This document shows, in pieces, positions 35,420 through 41,507 of a DNA stretch of 41,507 bases. The position numbers and the translations under genes were made by a program. Source of the stretch: Octopus bimaculoides (lineage: Eukaryota); the NCBI RefSeq assembly GCF_001194135.2, contig NC_068986.1, positions 101,708,457 through 101,749,963 on the forward strand, written 5' to 3'. Each line of letters starts with the position of its first letter. Within the stretch, counting starts at the first letter, position 1. The notes beneath the pieces were generated by a model that worked only from the letters and a program-made list of their open reading frames with translations, had not been told where the DNA came from and did no database searches.

Positions 35420-36852
35420 GAATATGAATTCCTGCTAAAATTAGCCTGTGACAGTGATTACTTGGAGTTTCTGTGCCACTAGTCGGGACGAATAAGACCA
35501 CCTACCATCACCCTCCAGCGATTACAATCCCTATTGATTTGACTTTTCTTTGTGTGTCCCACCCACCTCACCTCGAAAATGAAAGACTCTACGCTTGTAT
35601 TTCGTCCAGTTTCTGTGTTTAGCCCTATGTGGCTATAATGAAAAGATATCTATCTGTCCATCTATCCATCCATNNNNNNNNNNNNNNNNNNNNNNNNNNN
35701 NNNNNNNNNNNNNNNNNNNNNNNNNNNNNNNNNNNNNNNNNNNNNNNNNNNNNNNNNNNNNNNNNNNNNNNNNNNNNNNNNNNNNNATATATATTAAATG
35801 ATTGATACGGAAGACAAAGTGTACTGCAAGTTTTACTAAGCACAACAATCGTTCGGCTTACTTCTGCAGTACTCCTAGTAGGTGGGGACGATATAAAAGA
35901 ACCGAAAGCATTCCATATATATAATGCAGCTATGATATTAGCTAGTACTGAGACCGTATTGAATTTCAATTAGCCGAAAAGACATTTTTCTAGCTCACGG
36001 TTAGCAACTTCGCTATTTATGCGAATAAAAATCTACAGTAAGGTAGTCGAACAGGTAAAATTCAGGCTATATACTTTTCCTAGCTAGCATATCTTCTCAT
36101 TCACACGCTTGAGATTTTACTGGAATATGACTGGTATCTTTGGGATATACGTTGCCGCCATTGGTAATATCGGAAATTATGGATTACAACCGAGAGTTAC
36201 AATATTACTTTTATCAGATTTTGTGGTGCTTATAGAAAGTGAGGTAAAGAAGAAAAGTTTCTAAAAAATTATTTTTACGTTGAATAAATTAAATATTTCA
36301 AATTTCCACTCTCTACAATTCTTCCCGTGGTTATTGTCATTTACTCGCTGTCTTCTTCGTCGCCTGTCTCTTTGGTCATTTCTATCGGACCGTTTGTGTT
36401 TTAGTAGTGTTTCTTCACGAATTGCCTCCTACCTCACCCAGTATGTACACTGTTCTTACACTTCTTATATTGCTCTCTCTTTCTGCTGTCCCCACTCGTT
36501 GAGAAGCATGGTTGAAATTGACAACCAACCAACGAACCAGCCCCCCACCAAAAAAAAAAAACCAAAAAAAAAAACAGCCACTAAACATTTATATTGGTTA
36601 ATGTTAAATGTATAGAAATCAGTTGTATGCGCGTGTTTATATGTACGGTTTCTAAAAAACGTACATACGTTCGTGTTCAGTAATACATAAAAGAGAACTG
36701 AATATTGAACTGAAGAAGCAGAATATCTCTCATGCAGTTTGTCATAAGGTGAGTGTTAGTTTGGCGGGCGTTTCGGATAATCAACCGTTATCAGACAGGA
36801 ATTGGTTTGGATTTTAAAGCCCAGCGCATATATTTCTTTGTAGGGTTAGTGT

Positions 36853-37155
36853 GTTCGTGCGTGAGTGAGAGAAAGAGAGAGAGAGAGACAGTGAAATAGT
36901 GAGAGAGAGTAGGTGTCAGTGGGTGTCTTCTGCGGGGGAATGTGCTTAGAATATCGGTGCCGAATAAACAGCTTAACTTTGAGGATTAAAAGAGAAATGA
37001 ATATATGGATATCCTACAGGGTGGTGGCAAAATTCAAGGGAGAAAAGATTGATACTATTGAAGAAAATGAGCGGAGGAAAGCAAACTTTCATAGAGGACA
37101 GACAGTAAAGTATTCTTGCATTCCTTTTCCTGGTTTCAATTGTTAAAACTATGCT
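36853..37155 (+). repeat. dispersed direct repeat, copy 2
   Basis: See 31799-32099. Confidence 0.95.
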
Positions 37156-37334
37156 ACAAATATATATCCGTGTATTTGTGCCTTCATGTAGGCATGTACG
37201 TGCATGTGCGCATCATTATAATTTATATTATTCTCATGCAGCATTACAAAACAGATCGGAGTGTCGACTGTGAAATTCACTTTCATAGGAGCTTTAACAC
37301 ACACACACGCAAACACACATACACACATACACAC

Positions 37335-37384
<50 letters not shown>

Positions 37385-37402
37385 NNNNNNNNNNGTGTAT
37401 AT

Positions 37403-37825
37403 TCTTACCCTTTTACGCTTTTCCATGATGCAGTCATTTCATTGCGTGCGGCCATGTTGGAGCACCGACTTTGTTAGTCGAGCAAATCGACCCCAGGACT
37501 TATTCTTTGGAAGCCTAGTACTTATTCTATCGGGTCCTTTTATCGAACCGCTAAGTTAAGGGGACGTAAACACACCAGCCTCAGTTGTCAAGCGATGCTG
37601 GGTGTGTGTGCAAAAACAGACATAAACATATACACACATACATATATATATACACATATATACGACGGGCTTCTTTCAGTTTCCCTCTACCAAATCCACT
37701 CACAAGGCTTTCGTCGGCCGGAGGCTATAGTAGAAGACACTTGCCCAAGGTGCCATGCAGTGAGAATGAACCTGGAACCATGTGGTCGGTAAGCAAGCTA
37801 CATACCACACAGCCACTCCTACGCC
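37403..37825 (-). mobile_element. SINE family A copy, full length
   Basis: Reverse complement begins GGCGTAGGAGTGGCTGTGTGG (box A TGGCTGTGTGG); both bodies and the internal tract are present. Confidence 0.9.
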
Positions 37826-39073
37826 TTATATACATGTATATATTAGTGAGTATATATGTATACACATGCGCTTGTGTCGGTATATGTGTATGGATGCGTG
37901 CGTGTGCATGTAGGTGCATGTAAATCCTTTGCCCATTGGGGCTGCTAAAGTACTTTGATTTTTACAAGAAAATATTTCACAGAACTTTGTAATTTCCGAA
38001 CTCATTACCATCAAAATCATAGCGTATAAGAATATTAGTAGAGAGATTATTTCATTGAGTTTGGTCCAATATTTAGATAGCGTGAGGGGATTTTTATATA
38101 CTTTATTCTTAGAACATAACGTTATACATTTGACTAACAACTCAAGAAATGAAATGCGTATTCAGAAAAAAAAACAGACATTTCTTATGGAATGTGCAGC
38201 ATTTATTATGAGCACATCTGTTTTTTGACATGACATATAAAATAATACATATCAAGCAAATCTCAAATTAGTTATAGTAACACATGTATAACAAAGAATT
38301 AGGTTCCAGAGTTGTTCTCAGTCTTAAAATATCATATTCATTATAAATCATGCAAATTTCGTATCATCTCAAGTATCAATTTCGAAACAGATTATTTCAT
38401 TGGCCTCTTGAAATGTCAATCGAATTTGTGTTATGCAGTTCGAAATAACCGTCTAACTAAATGAAATAGAATATGGTATATATATATATANNNNNNNNNN
38501 NNNNNNNNNNNNNNNNNNNNNNNNNNNNNNNNNNNNNNNNNNNNNNNNNNNNNNNNNNNNNNNNNNNNNNNNNNNNNNNNNNNNNNNNNNNNNNNNNNNN
38601 NNNNNNNNNNNNNNNNNNNNNNNNNNNNNNNNNNNNNNNNNNNNNNNNNNNNNNNNNNNNNNNNNNNNNNNNNNNNNNNNNNNNNNNNNNNNNNNNNNNN
38701 NNNNNNNNNNNNNNNNNNNNNNNNNNNNNNNNNNNNNNNNNNNNNNNNNNNNNNNNNNNNNNNNNNNNNNNNNNNNNNNNNNNNNNNNNNNNNNNNNNNN
38801 NNNNNNNNNNNNNNNNNNNNNNNNNNNNNNNNNNNNNNNNNNNNNNNNNNNNNNNNNNNNNNNNNNNNNNNNNNNNNNNNNNNNNNNNNNNNNNNNNNNN
38901 NNNNNNNNNNNNNNNNNNNNNNNNNNNNNNNNNNNNNNNNNNNNNNNNNNNNNNNNNNNNNNNNNNNNNNNNNNNNNNNNNNNNNNNNNNNNNNNNNNNN
39001 NNNNNNNNNNNNNNNNNNNNNNNNNNNNNNNNNNNNNNNNNNNNNNNNNATATATATGCATATATATATATAC

Positions 39074-39104
<31 letters not shown>

Positions 39105-39198
39105 CATATATATATATGTGTGTGTGTGTGTAACATATAAAAAACATACGCATCTATACACAAACACTTATATATATATATATAATGCATGCGTTGTG

Positions 39199-39402
39199 TC
39201 CCTGAGAAAGGCACTTTATTTCACGTTCATCCAGTCCACTCAGCTGGCAAAGATGAGTAGTACCTGTAATTCAAAGGGACAGCCTTGTCACACTCTGTGT
39301 CACGTTGAATCGCCTTGCGAACTACGTTAAGGTAAAACGTTTTTGTGGGGTGGTTAGCCACTGGCAGGTTAATTTCAAGAGCAAGGTGTTCCATTGATCG
39401 TA
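39199..39402 (+). mobile_element. SINE-like body fragment, third family
   Basis: GTCCTGAGAAAGGCACTTTATTTCACGTTCATCCAGTCCACTCAGCTGGCAAAGATGAGTAG resembles post-tRNA central domains of invertebrate SINEs (recognised from memory; single copy here). Confidence 0.5.
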
Positions 39403-40271
39403 TTTAATTTTGGTAAATGTATCTATTAAAATGAGATGTCAACGTTTTCATTTCTGAGTAATTTAGACGACAGTTTATTCACCGCACCATGTATGTATGT
39501 ATGTATGTATGTATGTATGTATGTATGTATGTATCTATTTCTTTCTCTCTTTTTTTCTCTGTATATAAATTCTACTTAAGTATGGATTTTAACATATATA
39601 AAATGAAAGCTATAAATCAGTTAGCCCTGTTTTTTAATGTTTCCGACAGTGAAACATCCCCGAGGTTAACGAGTAACCTTTCATGCCAACTTTTGCGCTC
39701 CTAAATTTTGACGGTAGATATTAACTCTAATTGATAAATACAGAGGTAAATCGCTGCATAATATCCGGCAGATTAGCATAACTGATTAACGGGATAGAAT
39801 GTATTGCATTTTTATCGTTAGGCTGTGTGTGAAGACAGGGTTTTGACACAATATGGTGAAATAATACTGGAGATATCAATGTGTCTTGGCTGTTTGAGTA
39901 GAGGCGATACAGAACCAGACAAACCTGATGAGGAAAGATTGCAGTTGTCTGAGTAGAAAAGTAGAAAGATAAACATGGCATGCCCGTATGAGTGATTTTG
40001 TGATAATAACTTCTGTGATCTGCTTTTAGATGAAGTTTTATATGTCTGTAAAGGTGCGTTTATCGTTAAGTTTATATTGATTTATATTGTACATGACATC
40101 TACTTGAGAAATATGGAAAGTATAGAGCAAAATGCACGATACTGCTCCATGGGTAACCCGAACGCCTTTCGTAAAATTACTTACCGTCGCTTACAACAGT
40201 AATCACAACGCAATATGCATGATTTTACATCGAAATAATTTCGTCAACAAATTTCCTCATCACCCTCGTAC

Positions 40272-40430
40272 AATCATCATCATCATCATCATCATCATTA
40301 TCATCACAACCACCACCACCATCGTCGTCGTCGTTACCATCATCGTCGTCGTCGTCATCATCGTCATCATCGTCGTCGTCGTAGTCGTCGTCGTCATCAT
40401 CATCATCATCGTCATCATCAATATCATTAT
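40272..40430. repeat. compound trinucleotide repeat (ATC/ACC/GTC)n
   Basis: Direct reading. Confidence 0.95.
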
Positions 40431-41112
40431 AATTTTTTTCTTATATTATGTCTTTACAGCCATTAAAAATTAACGAAAATTATGCAGAAACCATATAATT
40501 GATAGTAAAATTAATTAACTAATTTGCTGTTTCTACATCAATGTTTTAGCATTTCAGTGAAACTGTTTTTTACAACATATATATTTAGATTTATGACAAT
40601 GCAAAAAAAGAAAGACTGCATCACGTTACGCAATAAATGAGATATCTAGGACTGAATTTATTAGAAATTTCAGAAACTAAGTATTCATTTACGCTGACCT
40701 GTATTGTGATTCACTAAAATCGTGACAGTTTATAAATAGCAGTAATAATGATATTACTTGTTGTGAATAGATTTTACGATCCTTAAGAAAACAGTAAGTT
40801 TGTTTATCTCCGTATGGTGTCAATGTCAAAAGTATCGTGGCCGCGCTAACCTCAATAGATTTGTCAAGAATATATAGTCAGAGTAATTTCTTTCATGACA
40901 TACGATATTTATAGATAAAATAATCGATTTTGGATCTTTCTTTTTTTTAAATGTGTACTTGCAATTTAGCGTTTGATATATGAAAGAGATATATACGGTA
41001 GGATGTGATTTCATGTTCAGCAATCAGAAATTATTTTAAACACAAAGTTTTAAAACTTCAATGGCCTGATCCATTTTGCTATTAATAGATACTACACTGC
41101 TAATTATGTTTT

Positions 41113-41226
41113 TAAATCTCTAACCACAATGAGAGATTTAAGCAGTAGTTGGGATCGTCACGTTAACTTGACAATGCACTACAACTTTATCGCTCCACTA
41201 CTGCTTAAATCTCTCTGAGAGATTTA
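41113..41226. repeat. compound palindrome with a 19-bp perfect inverted repeat
   Basis: GAGAGATTTAAGCAGTAGT (41131-41149) / ACTACTGCTTAAATCTCTC (41197-41215), plus flanking TAAATCTCT and AGAGATTTA copies. Confidence 0.85.
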
Positions 41227-41324
41227 GAAATATTATATTTCTAATTTTGCTGATCAGTGAATAAACTTCACTATGATTTACATAAGTTTGCGAGAGCTAA
41301 ACAGGCTTCTTTAACCAGCTGGCA

Positions 41325-41379
41325 AGCTACTTCCGGCTCGTCGTACTGATTTGAATTGCTTCTGCCTAGTTTAGTGAGT
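41325..41379 (+). promoter_or_regulatory. possible TSS region / non-coding first exon
   Basis: ETS-type ACTTCCGG at 41329, local CpG enrichment, GTGAGT donor at 41374, pyrimidine-rich sequence downstream. Confidence 0.25.
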
Positions 41380-41507
41380 TGTTTCTGTCCTTTTTGTTGC
41401 TGTTTGGTGTGAATTTTGTCAAGTTTCAACTGTTGTCCCTGTGGAATTGCGCCCTGCGGGGCAAAAATTTTCTTTTTTGCTGCTCTCTTTTAGAGAGATA
41501 GCAAACT

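Noticed and set aside
31799-37155. LTR retrotransposon bounded by the 300-bp direct repeats
   Set aside because: No TG...CA ends, PBS, PPT, target-site duplication or gag/pol remnants.
39925-39965. CTGATGAG...GAAA on plus as a hammerhead (also CTGACGA at 25501)
   Set aside because: No G10.1-C11.1 closure or paired stems.

Overview
AT-rich, repeat-dense eukaryotic draft-assembly DNA with 14 N-gaps, most bordered by (TA)n runs. The SINE types and microsatellite load suggest a coleoid cephalopod (Octopus-like); this is inference from memory of such repeats, not a database result. No intact protein-coding gene is supportable, and most supplied ORFs are microsatellite or gap artefacts. The window holds decayed mobile DNA: seven copies or fragments of a tRNA-headed SINE with an internal microsatellite, two further SINE types, a Penelope-like GIY-YIG remnant, a full-length decayed mariner plus two fragments, a Tc1-like remnant, CR1-type and RTE-type LINE fragments, an internally deleted Helitron with a 69-bp coding repeat, and two long foldback elements. 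The most unusual signal is a set of minimal type I hammerhead-ribozyme folds with palindromic stem III (13776-13812 +, 17209-17246 -, 17895-17957 -). Each has its predicted cleavage site about 90-100 nt upstream of a microsatellite, and one is nested inside a SINE's internal microsatellite. A few weak exon and promoter candidates hint at an unrecognised host gene. All alignments and folds were done by eye.
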